From an uncultured Acidobacteriota bacterium (lineage in GTDB: Bacteria > Acidobacteriota > JAAYUB01), in NCBI GenBank assembly GCA_964412195.1, contig CAYPNP010000011.1:63881-127880 (forward strand): a stretch of 64,000 nt of DNA, written 5' to 3'. The notes under the pieces were generated by a model that ran no database searches, had not been told where the DNA came from, and was given only the letters and a program-made list of their open reading frames with translations. The translations under genes were made by a program, and so were the position numbers. Positions 8,078 through 16,909 of this stretch are shown here, one piece after another. Numbering within the stretch: position 1 is the first letter of the stretch; the number at the start of each line of letters is the position of its first letter.

Positions 8078-8575
8078 TTACGACTTCCCCTCGCTTCTGA
8101 AGTCGAGAAAGTCGGTGGCCGGCGGCACGGCGCCGGCCTGGCGGATCAGGGCGGCAGCCTGGCCGCGGTGGTGGGTCGAGTGGTTGACCAGGTGCAGGAG
8201 CAGGTCGACCAGCGGATACTCGAGCTTCTTGCCGGCGATGTTGGTGTAGCGGAGCGGCCGCTCCAGATCGGCTGCCTTGAGCGAGGCCAGAAACTTCGAC
8301 TGCCCGGCCTCCGCCTCGTCCAGCTTCCGCCGGAGCTCCGCCGGGTCGGCCGCCTTGGCCCAGTCCGGCAGGGCCGACGGGCTCTCGCCGAGCCAGCGCC
8401 GCAGGTAGAGCCACTCGACGGCGACGATGTGGCCGAGCGTGTTCCGGACCGATCCGAAGCTGCCGCCCAGATCCGCCGCGTACTTGTCGGGATCCAGCTC
8501 CGCGGCGGCGCGCAGCAGGCGGGCGTTGGCCCAGCGGTCGTAGGCGAACAGGTTGTGAATGTCGGGAATCTGCAT
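8078..8575 (-). CDS. DinB/YfiT family protein
   Basis: YDRWANARL, TLGHIVAVEWLYL, HLVNHSTHHRGQ. Confidence 0.92.
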   Translation of the reverse strand: MQIPDIHNLFAYDRWANARLLRAAAELDPDKYAADLGGSFGSVRNTLGHIVAVEWLYLRRWLGESPSALPDWAKAADPAELRRKLDEAEAGQSKFLASLKAADLERPLRYTNIAGKKLEYPLVDLLLHLVNHSTHHRGQAAALIRQAGAVPPATDFLDFRSEGKS

Positions 8576-8697
8576 GGGATCCTCCCCCCGTGAGTATGCC
8601 TGGTAAGACGCGCTGGCACGGGCACTGGATGCGCCCAAACCTGCACCCTGTTTCAATCCTCGGATCAGCCGGCGACTTGCCGCCGGTGGGGCGGGCC

Positions 8698-9093
8698 TCA
8701 GCCCCCGGCCGCGGGCTTGCAGCTGTTCCAGATGTCGCGGTGGAGGCGCCAGCCGCCGGCGGTGTTCTTCCAGACGACGACGTACTTGCCGTTGTCAGCC
8801 TCGGCGCCGCCCTCGACGTAGAGGTGGTAACGGCCGACCTCCACGGCGGTTTCGCCGAACGCCTCGACTTCGACCGATTCGAGGCGGGCGTCGCGGATGC
8901 CCATCCCCAGCACCACTCCCCAAAACTCGCGGATCGCGTCGGCCCCGTCCACCGGCGGGAAATTGGGGGGCAGGAGCCGGCCGTCGGGGGTGTAGCCGGC
9001 CGCCAGGTCGCCGGCGCTGCCGCGCCGCACCGCCTCGCCGAAGCGGGCGTTGGCCGCCGCGATCGCTTCCCGGACATTCGTTTCAACACTCAT
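8698..9093 (-). CDS. DUF4440 / SnoaL-like (NTF2 fold) protein
   Basis: AIAAANARF..GREAI-like segment and the C-terminal GKYVVVWK..GGWRLHRDIWNS. Confidence 0.88.
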   Translation of the reverse strand: MSVETNVREAIAAANARFGEAVRRGSAGDLAAGYTPDGRLLPPNFPPVDGADAIREFWGVVLGMGIRDARLESVEVEAFGETAVEVGRYHLYVEGGAEADNGKYVVVWKNTAGGWRLHRDIWNSCKPAAGG

Positions 9094-9326
9094 GGAACGC
9101 CTCCTTCAGGATCGGGATACGGAGCCGGAACCGGGCCGGCCGGGGTCTGCGGGGATCTCGCCAATTCAATTTCGAAATAGAGAGCTGATTTTCCGTCATT
9201 GTAGCACGGCGGGCCAGTCCCCAGGCACATCGTCAAGCCGGGCACTCCCGACGCGGCCGCGCCGGCCATTGACCAGCCGCGGCCCACGGCGTACAATCCG
9301 GACAATCGCACTCCCCGGAGGCATCC

Positions 9327-10127
9327 ATGAGAACGCCGGCACTGAGTCTCGTCCTGTGCGTCCTGGCGCTCGCGGCCGTCGGCTGCCAGCCCAAGCCCAC
9401 CCACTACGTCCAGGTCCAGGTCCGCCTGGAGGCCGCCGGCGTGGACCCGGCCGCGATGCCGGCGCTGCGGGCCCAGGCCGTCCAGATCCTCGACAAGCGG
9501 TTCCGGGACGCCGGGATGGAGGGCGTCCTCCTGCTGGAGGACCCCGCCGCCGCGGACGGGCTGCGCGCCTGCTTCCCCGGCAAGTCGCTGCCCGACGGCA
9601 TGCCGGGCAGCCTGCTGAACCAGACCAAGCTGGAGCTGTGCCTGGTTCATCCCCACGCCACGAAACCGGATACTTCGGAAGCCATCCTGGACCAGTTCAA
9701 CGGGGCGCTTCCCGAAGGTTATCGCCTGGTGCCGTACCTGGGCGGATCGGAGGAGGCGCTGTCCGGTCCGGCGCAGCTCCTAGTGGCGACCGACGCCGTG
9801 ATCACCGACGCTGACATCAAGGACGCCCGCCCGGGCGACTCCGAGGGCCAGCCGTCGGTGAGCTTCACCCTGGTCGAGACGGGGGCGGAGCGGTTCGGCC
9901 GGGTCACCGCGGCCAACATCGGCCGCCAACTGGCCATCCTGCTGGACGGGCAGGCCCTGTCGGCGCCGATCATCCAGTCGAAGATCACCGATTCCGGCAT
10001 CATCACCGGCCTGGGGAAGCCGTCTGAGGCCGAGGACATCGCCCTCTGCCTGCGCTCCCACGCCCTGCCCTGCAAGGTGGCGATCCTATCCCAGAAAGTT
10101 ATTACTCGGGAGTCGCTGGCGCAGTGA
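9327..10127 (+). CDS. Lipoprotein carrying a stand-alone SecD P1 periplasmic domain
   Basis: Lipobox LAAVGC; VSFTL..GAERFGRVTAANIGRQLAILLDG..SAPIIQSKI..G.ITG; no downstream TM helices. Confidence 0.8.
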   Translation: MRTPALSLVLCVLALAAVGCQPKPTHYVQVQVRLEAAGVDPAAMPALRAQAVQILDKRFRDAGMEGVLLLEDPAAADGLRACFPGKSLPDGMPGSLLNQTKLELCLVHPHATKPDTSEAILDQFNGALPEGYRLVPYLGGSEEALSGPAQLLVATDAVITDADIKDARPGDSEGQPSVSFTLVETGAERFGRVTAANIGRQLAILLDGQALSAPIIQSKITDSGIITGLGKPSEAEDIALCLRSHALPCKVAILSQKVITRESLAQ

Positions 10128-10152
10128 GGACGAGATCCCGGCGCATGGCGGT

Positions 10153-10228
10153 GGACGCGGGGACGGGGAGACGGGGGGACGGGGCGATATCGAAACGGCG
10201 AAACGGCGGTGGGGCGAAACGGCGATCG
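10153..10228. repeat. GACGGGG / AAACGGCG array (sister of 416-520 and 55453-55492)
   Basis: Shares aaacggcggtggggcgaaacggcgat with 496-522 and with the 55.46-55.49 kb copy. Confidence 0.85.
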
Positions 10229-10328
10229 TATCCCGAGTGGCTGCGACAATTTAAAACCTCGCCCCCGCCGGTTTCGTAGAAAGCACGGGTTTGGGAACCA
10301 TTCCGACAAAATCCAGCCGCGAGGTCTG

Positions 10329-12584
10329 ATGATGAAATCCAAGCGTCTCCTGTTGGCCGTCCTCCTGGTGTCGCTGGGCCTGGCCTGGGCCGCCGCCCAG
10401 ACCGAGCCTGCCGCCGCGCTGCCGGCGGCGCCGGAGAAACTCTCGCTCGACCTGCTCTTCAGCCCGGCCGCCCGGCAGGCCACCGCCCTGCCGACGACCC
10501 TCTGGCTCGGCGACGGCACCGCCCTGATGATCGACCGCCGCCTGCCGCCGGACCAGGCGGTCATCGAGCGGTTCGATCCCGCCACCGGCAAGCGCGAGCC
10601 GGCGCTCGACGCCGCCAAGGCGCTCTCCTCGTTGAACGCACTCCTCAATCCCAAGAATGAAGAGAAGATGCCCGCCGTCCTGCCCTTCCCCGAGGACGTG
10701 AATCCGTCCGGCAAGACCGCGCTCTACACCTTCTTCGGCGACATCTTCCTGCTGGACCTGCCGACGGCGGCCTTCCGCCGGGTTCTGCGCACGGCCGCCG
10801 AGGAGCAGAACATCACCTTCTCCCCCGACGGCCGCATGCTGGCCTACGTCCGAAACAACAACCTCTTTGTGCTGGACCTCGCCTCCGGCAAGGAGAAGGC
10901 CCTGACCAAAGACGGCTCGGCCACGCTTCTCAACGGCACTCTCTCCTGGGTCTACTGGGAGGAGATCTTCGGCCGCGAGGACCTGGCCTACTGGTGGTCG
11001 CCCGACAGCGGCGCCATCGCCTTCCTCAAGACCGACGAGTCCATGGTGCAGGTCTCGGTCTTCCCGGAGTTCGAGCCGGCAACGCCCAACGTCATCCGCC
11101 AGCGCTACCCCAAGGCCGGCACGCCGAACCCGGTGGTGCAGGTCTGCGTGGCGGAGGTCGGATCCGGCAAGACCGTGACCGTGAAGCCGCCCGAGCCGCG
11201 CCCGGAGTACGTCCTGCGCGTCAACTGGCTGCCCCACTCCCGGCAGTTCATCGTCCAGGTCTCGGACCGCGCCCAGCACCGCGTCGACCTGCTGCTGGCC
11301 GACCGCAAGAGCGGCCGCGCCCCATCGATCCTCACCGAAACCGGCTCGACCTGGATCAACGTTCACGACGACCTGCACTTCCTGGCCGGCGGGGAGCAGT
11401 TCCTGTGGACCTCCGAGCGGGACGGCCACAACCACCTGTACCTGCATGACATCCGGGGCAAGCAGGTCCGCCAGCTGACGTCCGGCGACATGATGATCCG
11501 CGCCTCCAGCGGCGTGGCCTGGGTCCGCGGCGGCGTCTGCGCCATCGACGAGAAGGCCGGCTTCGTCTACTTCACCGCCACCACCGCCCTGCCGCTGGCG
11601 CCGGAACTCTACCGCGTCCCGCTGGCCGGCGGCGAGACGGTGAAGATCAGCCAGGAGCGGGGGCGGCACCGGGTCAGCTTCGATCCGGCCGCGCGGTTCT
11701 ACTTCGACGACTACTCCAACAGCACCCAGCCGCCCAGCCTCTCCCTCCGGCGCGCGGACGGGTCGCTCGTGTCCGTCCTGGCCCCGCCCAACACGGAGTT
11801 CATGGCCAGGCACAAGATCCAGTATCCGGAATTCGCCACCTTCCGGACCGACGACGGCGTGACCCTGCCGGCCCAGATCGTGAAGCCGGCGGATTTCGAC
11901 CCGTCGAAAAAGTACCCGGTGATCCTGTACGTCTACGGCGGCCCGGGCGCTCCCTCGGTCTGGGACGCCTACAGCCGCGACCTGCTCTTCGCCAACCTTC
12001 TGGGGCAGCACGGGTATATTTACGCGGTCATGGACAACCGTTGCGCCTCGGGCCTGAGCAAGACCCTGGAGGACACCTCCTACCTCAAGATGATGGGCGC
12101 GTACGAAGTGCCCGACATCGTTGCGGGAGTAAAGTGGCTGCAGTCCCAGCCATGGGTGGACAAGGACCGGATCGGCGTCTGGGGCTGGAGCGGCGGCGGC
12201 ACCTTCACCCTGCAGCTCATGACCCACAGCCGGGTGTTCAAGGCCGGCATCGCCGTGGCCGCGGTCACCGACTTCCGCTACTACGACAGCCGCTGGGCCG
12301 AGGCGGTGATGGGCCTGCCCCAGGACAATCCCGACGGCTACAAGGCCGGCGGCCCGGCCTACTTCGCCAAGGACCTGAGCGGGCGGCTGCTGCTGGTGCA
12401 CGGCACCTACGACGACAACGTGCACCCGCAGAACGCTTGGCGCTTCGCCCGCGAGCTGCAGAAGGCTGGCATCGTGTTCGACATGATGATCTACCCGCTG
12501 GAGAAGCACGGCATCTCGTCGCTGCCGTCCGTCCGGAAGCACGTGTACCAGACGATGCTCGATTTCTGGCTCCGCAACCTGTAA
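10329..12584 (+). CDS. S9B dipeptidyl peptidase IV family protein
   Basis: Signal peptide, DPPIV-N segment GTLSWVYWEEIF, YGGPG, nucleophile GWSGGG, HGTYDDNVH, catalytic His in EKHGI. Confidence 0.95.
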   Translation: MMKSKRLLLAVLLVSLGLAWAAAQTEPAAALPAAPEKLSLDLLFSPAARQATALPTTLWLGDGTALMIDRRLPPDQAVIERFDPATGKREPALDAAKALSSLNALLNPKNEEKMPAVLPFPEDVNPSGKTALYTFFGDIFLLDLPTAAFRRVLRTAAEEQNITFSPDGRMLAYVRNNNLFVLDLASGKEKALTKDGSATLLNGTLSWVYWEEIFGREDLAYWWSPDSGAIAFLKTDESMVQVSVFPEFEPATPNVIRQRYPKAGTPNPVVQVCVAEVGSGKTVTVKPPEPRPEYVLRVNWLPHSRQFIVQVSDRAQHRVDLLLADRKSGRAPSILTETGSTWINVHDDLHFLAGGEQFLWTSERDGHNHLYLHDIRGKQVRQLTSGDMMIRASSGVAWVRGGVCAIDEKAGFVYFTATTALPLAPELYRVPLAGGETVKISQERGRHRVSFDPAARFYFDDYSNSTQPPSLSLRRADGSLVSVLAPPNTEFMARHKIQYPEFATFRTDDGVTLPAQIVKPADFDPSKKYPVILYVYGGPGAPSVWDAYSRDLLFANLLGQHGYIYAVMDNRCASGLSKTLEDTSYLKMMGAYEVPDIVAGVKWLQSQPWVDKDRIGVWGWSGGGTFTLQLMTHSRVFKAGIAVAAVTDFRYYDSRWAEAVMGLPQDNPDGYKAGGPAYFAKDLSGRLLLVHGTYDDNVHPQNAWRFARELQKAGIVFDMMIYPLEKHGISSLPSVRKHVYQTMLDFWLRNL

Positions 12585-12591
12585 AAAGCAG

Positions 12592-12672
12592 ATTCACCAC
12601 AGAGACACAAAGGGCACAGAGAGATCCATTAATTCATGGATCTCTTTGTGTTCTCTGTGCCTCTGTGGTGAA
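12592..12672. repeat. CACAGAG/CACAAAG inverted array between convergent genes
   Basis: ttcaccacagagacacaaagggcacagagagatccat-taattc-atggatctctttgtgttctctgtgcctctgtggtgaa. Confidence 0.85.
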
Positions 12673-12677
12673 GGATT

Positions 12678-13565
12678 TTATGGTTTGCCCGGTTTGGAGG
12701 GGAGGAGAAGGCGGAGGGTCATCCGCCTCCCCTGCCAGGCCACCGTGCCGTACTTGCCGGCGTAGTCCTTGAAGACCAGCCCGGCCGGCCCTTTCTGTTC
12801 CACCTTCAGGTACGGATCCAGGTTGTCGGTCAGATGGCGGTAGGCCGCGCCGGCGGCGGCGGCGGCGGGGTAGTCGGCGAGCACCAGGGCCGTCACGGCG
12901 CCCCCGGCCTCCCGGTAGCGCGCGGCCACGGCGGTGACTTTGTTCGGCTGCAGCGACAGGATGTCTCCTTCGCCCAGGGTGTAGACGGAGCCCAGGGCAT
13001 AGGGGCCGCGGATCAGCCGGGCGGAGTCGGGCACCATCCCCTTCTCCGGCAGCGCCCGCAGCAGCGGCTGCGGCGCCTCGGCCGGCAGGTGGCCGGCGAC
13101 CCGCGCGGCGAACCGGGCCAGGGCTTCGGACAGGTCGCCCTCCCCCTTGAGCCGGTTCACCAGGAGCAGGTACCGGCCCTGCTGGAGCATCACCTGATAT
13201 CGGTCAGCGATGTGCCGGTACGGCAGGTCGCGGGTGTGGACGTCCTTCCCGCCTTTCATCAGATAGATCCCAAGGCCGGCCGGCAGGTCGGTCATGCGGT
13301 AGATCTCCACGGCGATCTCGTCGCTGCCGTGCTGGTAGCGCTGCAGGGTCAAGGTCTCGAAGCCGAACTCCAGGAACAGCTCAGCGCCGCCGTCGATGTA
13401 GCCGTAGAGGTCCGCCTGGGTGAAGACCTTCTGCGTGCCGGCGCGGGCCCACCCGGCCACCGCCTGGTCGGCCGGCATCAAGGCGCCGTCCCCCGCCGCC
13501 CCCGCCCCCGCGACCCAAATGGCGAAGAAGGTCACCCCTACGCAAGCCAGCAGTGTTTTCACCAT
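12678..13565 (-). CDS. Exported protein, DUF6599-like
   Basis: Signal peptide; F...DLYGYIDGGAELFLEFGF and EIYRM...A.GIY motifs. Confidence 0.7.
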   Translation of the reverse strand: MVKTLLACVGVTFFAIWVAGAGAAGDGALMPADQAVAGWARAGTQKVFTQADLYGYIDGGAELFLEFGFETLTLQRYQHGSDEIAVEIYRMTDLPAGLGIYLMKGGKDVHTRDLPYRHIADRYQVMLQQGRYLLLVNRLKGEGDLSEALARFAARVAGHLPAEAPQPLLRALPEKGMVPDSARLIRGPYALGSVYTLGEGDILSLQPNKVTAVAARYREAGGAVTALVLADYPAAAAAGAAYRHLTDNLDPYLKVEQKGPAGLVFKDYAGKYGTVAWQGRRMTLRLLLPSKPGKP

Positions 13566-13589
13566 TTCCAGATCCTTTATCCTCACAGG

Positions 13590-13727
13590 CAATTCAACGC
13601 AGATTTCCGCAGATTTATTATGATCAGTTATGATCTAACCCATTATTCTGATCATAAACAATCATAATTCATCAGCGTCAATCTGCGTTGAATTCTTCTT
13701 TGTGTCCTTTGTGCCTTTGTGGTGAAA
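13590..13727. repeat. Nested palindrome (AATTCAACGCAGAT ... ATCTGCGTTGAATT) plus a CACAAAG module
   Basis: Same arm type and AT-rich TATGAT/ATCATA core as 47605-47765. Confidence 0.8.
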
Positions 13728-13732
13728 GCTCC

Positions 13733-14959
13733 CTACGCTTCGACTCTCACCAGCTGCAGCTTGGCCGGATCGGTGACGCCCAGCCCGATCTGCTCCGCCT
13801 GCCGCAGGTACTCGGTGAAGCGCGGGTTCTCGTTGACGGCGATCCCCATGGCCTTGCGCTTCTCCACCATCTGGCGGTGACCGGTCATGTCCAGGGCGAA
13901 TGGGTCGGTGGCGAAGTACAGGGTGTTCCACGGGTAGACGTACTTCGGGTTGGGCATCGGCCCGTCCTCGTATTGGCCGCGGATGCCGTCCATGACGTTG
14001 AGCACCAGCTTGTCCCGCACCGACGGCGCGGCCAGCACCTCGGTGCACACGCGGAAGAACACGGGCTTGTGCAGGCGGCCGGTGTTGCAGAGGGCGCCGT
14101 AGCCCAGGTTCTTGGTGGCCATGGAGACGCCGTTGCCGGTGTTCTTGAACACGGGCAGGTTGATGATCTTGGTCAGCGTCTGGGTCACCAGCTTGCCGTA
14201 GTACGAGTACTCGCCGGCAAAGACGTGCTGGTTCAGGTAGAACTCGTCGTTGTCGTAGCCGGGCACGCCCTTGCCCACCACGCCCTTGGCGAAGTAGTAC
14301 ACGTTCTTGTCGAAGTTGTCCTCGCTGACGTGCCGGCCGTCGGCGGCGCGCCACTTGTTGCCCTGCTCGTCCATGGTCTGCAGGCCCTCGATCCGCACGC
14401 CGGGGAAGCGCTCGGGGGTGAAGCCGGCGTCCTTGAGCATGTAGTCGAAGCGGTCCCAGATGACGATGCGCTCGCGCGGCAGGCCGTTGGCGGCCAGCCA
14501 GTCGATCACCGCCTCCACCAGCTCGGGCTTGGTGCAGATCAGCGGCGGGCCGACGGGGTTGACCTTGATGCCGACCACGTCGTCCTTGGTGAAGAAGAGC
14601 TTGAAGCTGTCCTTGGGGTCCTTGCCGGTGAGAGCGGTCAGCCCCTTGGCGAACATCTCCTGGATGGCCGCCGTCTGGGGCTTGTCGTCCACCAGGCACT
14701 TCGGGTCGATCACCTGGACCACCTTGCCCGGGAACGGCCCCGGCAGGGAGTGGGCGGTCTTGGGCACCTTCAGGAAGTCAGCCAGGTTGGTCTCCACGGG
14801 GGGCGGCGGCGCGGCGGGCTTGGCGGCTTCCTGGCCGAAGGCGGGCACGCCCAGCACGATGCCGCCGGCGGCCGCGGCGCCGAGGCCGACGGTCTTGACG
14901 AAGTCCCGGCGGGTCAAGCCGGTGGATTCCTGGATGGATCGGTACGATTTACGTCTCAT
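13733..14959 (-). CDS. Tat-exported DUF362-domain protein
   Basis: TRRDFVK Tat motif; VVGIKVN, IINLPVFKN..GVSMATKNL, YFATDPFALD motifs. Confidence 0.85.
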   Translation of the reverse strand: MRRKSYRSIQESTGLTRRDFVKTVGLGAAAAGGIVLGVPAFGQEAAKPAAPPPPVETNLADFLKVPKTAHSLPGPFPGKVVQVIDPKCLVDDKPQTAAIQEMFAKGLTALTGKDPKDSFKLFFTKDDVVGIKVNPVGPPLICTKPELVEAVIDWLAANGLPRERIVIWDRFDYMLKDAGFTPERFPGVRIEGLQTMDEQGNKWRAADGRHVSEDNFDKNVYYFAKGVVGKGVPGYDNDEFYLNQHVFAGEYSYYGKLVTQTLTKIINLPVFKNTGNGVSMATKNLGYGALCNTGRLHKPVFFRVCTEVLAAPSVRDKLVLNVMDGIRGQYEDGPMPNPKYVYPWNTLYFATDPFALDMTGHRQMVEKRKAMGIAVNENPRFTEYLRQAEQIGLGVTDPAKLQLVRVEA

Positions 14960-15044
14960 GACGGCTCCTCGCGAACGGGATGATGGGGCATTGTACCATT
15001 CAGACGGGTGTGTTTACGAATCCGGCGGCGGAAAGTTCTTGGGG

Positions 15045-15172
15045 AAGTGAGGAGATAGGAGTGAGGAGATAGGAGTCAGAATTGCTGGTAGAAAAATTGC
15101 TCACCAATGAACTGGTTGCCTATCTCCTCACTCCTCACTCCTCACTCCTATCTCCTCACTCCTATCTCCTCA
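15045..15172. repeat. GAGGAGT/GATAGGA heptamer inverted array
   Basis: gtgaggagataggagtgaggagataggag ... ctatctcctcactcctcactcctcactcctatctcctcactcctatctcctcac. Confidence 0.85.
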
Positions 15173-15817
15173 CTGGCTCTCCCGGCAATGCGGGCACACC
15201 GAGGCCCCCGGCCGGATCGGCTGGCCGCAGTGGGCGCAAGGCTTCCGGCGCGCGGACCACCAGTGGGCCGCCGTGAAGGCGACGCCGATGCCGGCCAGCA
15301 GGAGGCCCACCGCCAGCAGCGGCACCAGCACCGCCAGCAGGCTGACGCCGGCCGAGAGGCCCACCTCGCCCCAGCTGAAGGCCTTGCCGATCCCGCTGTG
15401 GAGGCCGTCGCTCAACTCCCGCACCGGCCGGCGGACCCGGTTGCCCAGCCAGTGGACCCCCGCGGCCGTCGTCCCGCCCATCAGCCCCGAAGCGGCCAGC
15501 CGGCCGAGACTCTCGTCCAGGGTGCCGGTCGCTGCGGCGAAGGCGAGGCACCCGGCCACGAACTTGGGCAGGTAGGCGAGGACGTCGTGAAAACGGCCGA
15601 GGTCGGGATGGGAGTCCAGCCAGATCTCCGCCAGGAGCAGCACCGCCAGCACGACCAGCACCGGCACGCTCGCCATCCACCGGAACTGCGGCGAAAGCTC
15701 GAAGTAGCGCGTGTGGTGCAGCAGGCCCAGCACCAGCACCGGCACGATGGCCTTGGCGCCGGCCCCGCCGGCCAGCCCGAAGGCGCTCAGGTATTCCATG
15801 ACCGTGGGCATCGCCAC
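15170..15817 (-). CDS. DUF4126-like membrane protein with C-terminal zinc ribbon
   Basis: AFGLAGGAG, several TM helices, CAHCG..ASVCPHC. Confidence 0.75.
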   Translation of the reverse strand: MAMPTVMEYLSAFGLAGGAGAKAIVPVLVLGLLHHTRYFELSPQFRWMASVPVLVVLAVLLLAEIWLDSHPDLGRFHDVLAYLPKFVAGCLAFAAATGTLDESLGRLAASGLMGGTTAAGVHWLGNRVRRPVRELSDGLHSGIGKAFSWGEVGLSAGVSLLAVLVPLLAVGLLLAGIGVAFTAAHWWSARRKPCAHCGQPIRPGASVCPHCRESQ

Positions 15818-15855
15818 CTCCTTCGCCAGCCTTTGTTTCGTCTCAGGCCAAAATC

Positions 15856-16092
15856 ATTCACCGCGGAGTCGCAGAGACGCGGAGCCAAACCGCAATCCAG
15901 AAATGAAACCACGAACCACACGAACCACACGAAAGAGTTCAATCTGCAATCAGGCAACCGACCACGAAATACACAAAATACACGAATGTATTCAATCCGC
16001 AATGGTCCGAGCCTCTAGCCCCGAGCCCCGAATCCCGTTGTCCGATGTCCGCAGATTTCAATCCGCAATTCGCAATTTGCAATGCGCAATTC
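15856..16092. repeat. Composite oligomer array of at least five module types
   Basis: ccgcggag/gcagagac, accacacga x3, cacgaaatacac, ccgagcc and cgcaatt modules. Confidence 0.8.
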
Positions 16093-16726
16093 AAAGGAAC
16101 CGGTGGATTGCCCAGCCCATCGCGGCGGCCAACACCAGGATCGCCCCCAGGACTGCCAGGGTCAGCATGGCCAGGGCCACCAACACGGTGATCTCCCACC
16201 ACGTTGCGGGGAGGCGCTCCTTCTCCCGCCGCAGGCTCCAGAGGGTGTAGTAATGGTAGCCCGAGGTGAGGCCGGCGAATACCGCCCCGCCGGCCAGCGC
16301 GCCGGCCACCGGGATGCCGCTCAGGGCGTACCCGGCGCCGCCCAGCCACAGGAAGGCCAGCCGGCCCAGCCAGCGGTGGAGGAAACGCCGGCGCACGCCC
16401 AGCAGCGGCAGGGTCTCGCGGAAGAGGAGCAGCCGCACCAGTCCCAGGTGCAGAACGACCAGCACCGGCACGGCCGCCAGCATCAGGCCCGTCAGGTGCA
16501 GCAGCGGGACCAGGAGGCAGAGCGCCGCCACCGACGGCGTGCCGACCTGCAGCATCCGGATAAACCGCCGCCGCTGGTTCGCCGTCACCGGTTCGAAGCG
16601 GACGTCCACCAGCCGGACCTGGCGGCAGCCGTCGTCCTGCAGGGGCCGGCCGCAGCGGGGGCACTCCGCGGCGTCGCGCTCCGCACGCGCCAGCGGTTCG
16701 AGGCACCAGGGGCAGACCTTGCTCAT
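16091..16726 (-). CDS. Membrane protein with N-terminal zinc ribbon
   Basis: CPWC..CPRC followed by about 5 hydrophobic helices. Confidence 0.75.
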   Translation of the reverse strand: MSKVCPWCLEPLARAERDAAECPRCGRPLQDDGCRQVRLVDVRFEPVTANQRRRFIRMLQVGTPSVAALCLLVPLLHLTGLMLAAVPVLVVLHLGLVRLLLFRETLPLLGVRRRFLHRWLGRLAFLWLGGAGYALSGIPVAGALAGGAVFAGLTSGYHYYTLWSLRREKERLPATWWEITVLVALAMLTLAVLGAILVLAAAMGWAIHRFL

Positions 16727-16731
16727 GAATC

Positions 16732-16883
16732 CATTTCACCGCAAAGGCGCAAAGGACGCAATGGCAATCTGAACGCTGAACGTTGAACTTCGAACGTCGA
16801 ACTCTGAACGGGAACCCCCTAGCTTGGCGAAATTTCTTGTCGTTCAGCGTTCGGCGTTCAGCGTTCGAAGTTCGACGTTCAGA
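16732..16883. repeat. CGCAAAG module plus GAACG heptamer inverted array
   Basis: tctgaacgctgaacgttgaacttcgaacgtcgaac ... gttcagcgttcggcgttcagcgttcgaagttcgacgttcaga. Confidence 0.85.
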
Positions 16884-16909
16884 TTGGCTTTGTGTTGAAG
16901 GATCGGCGT

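Noticed and set aside
10251-12542. Long antisense or alternate-frame ORFs (also 15939-18380, 30683-32530, 36904-38988, 40958-42556)
   Set aside because: These are shadows of well-supported genes, expected at this GC content because stop codons are rare in the off frames.
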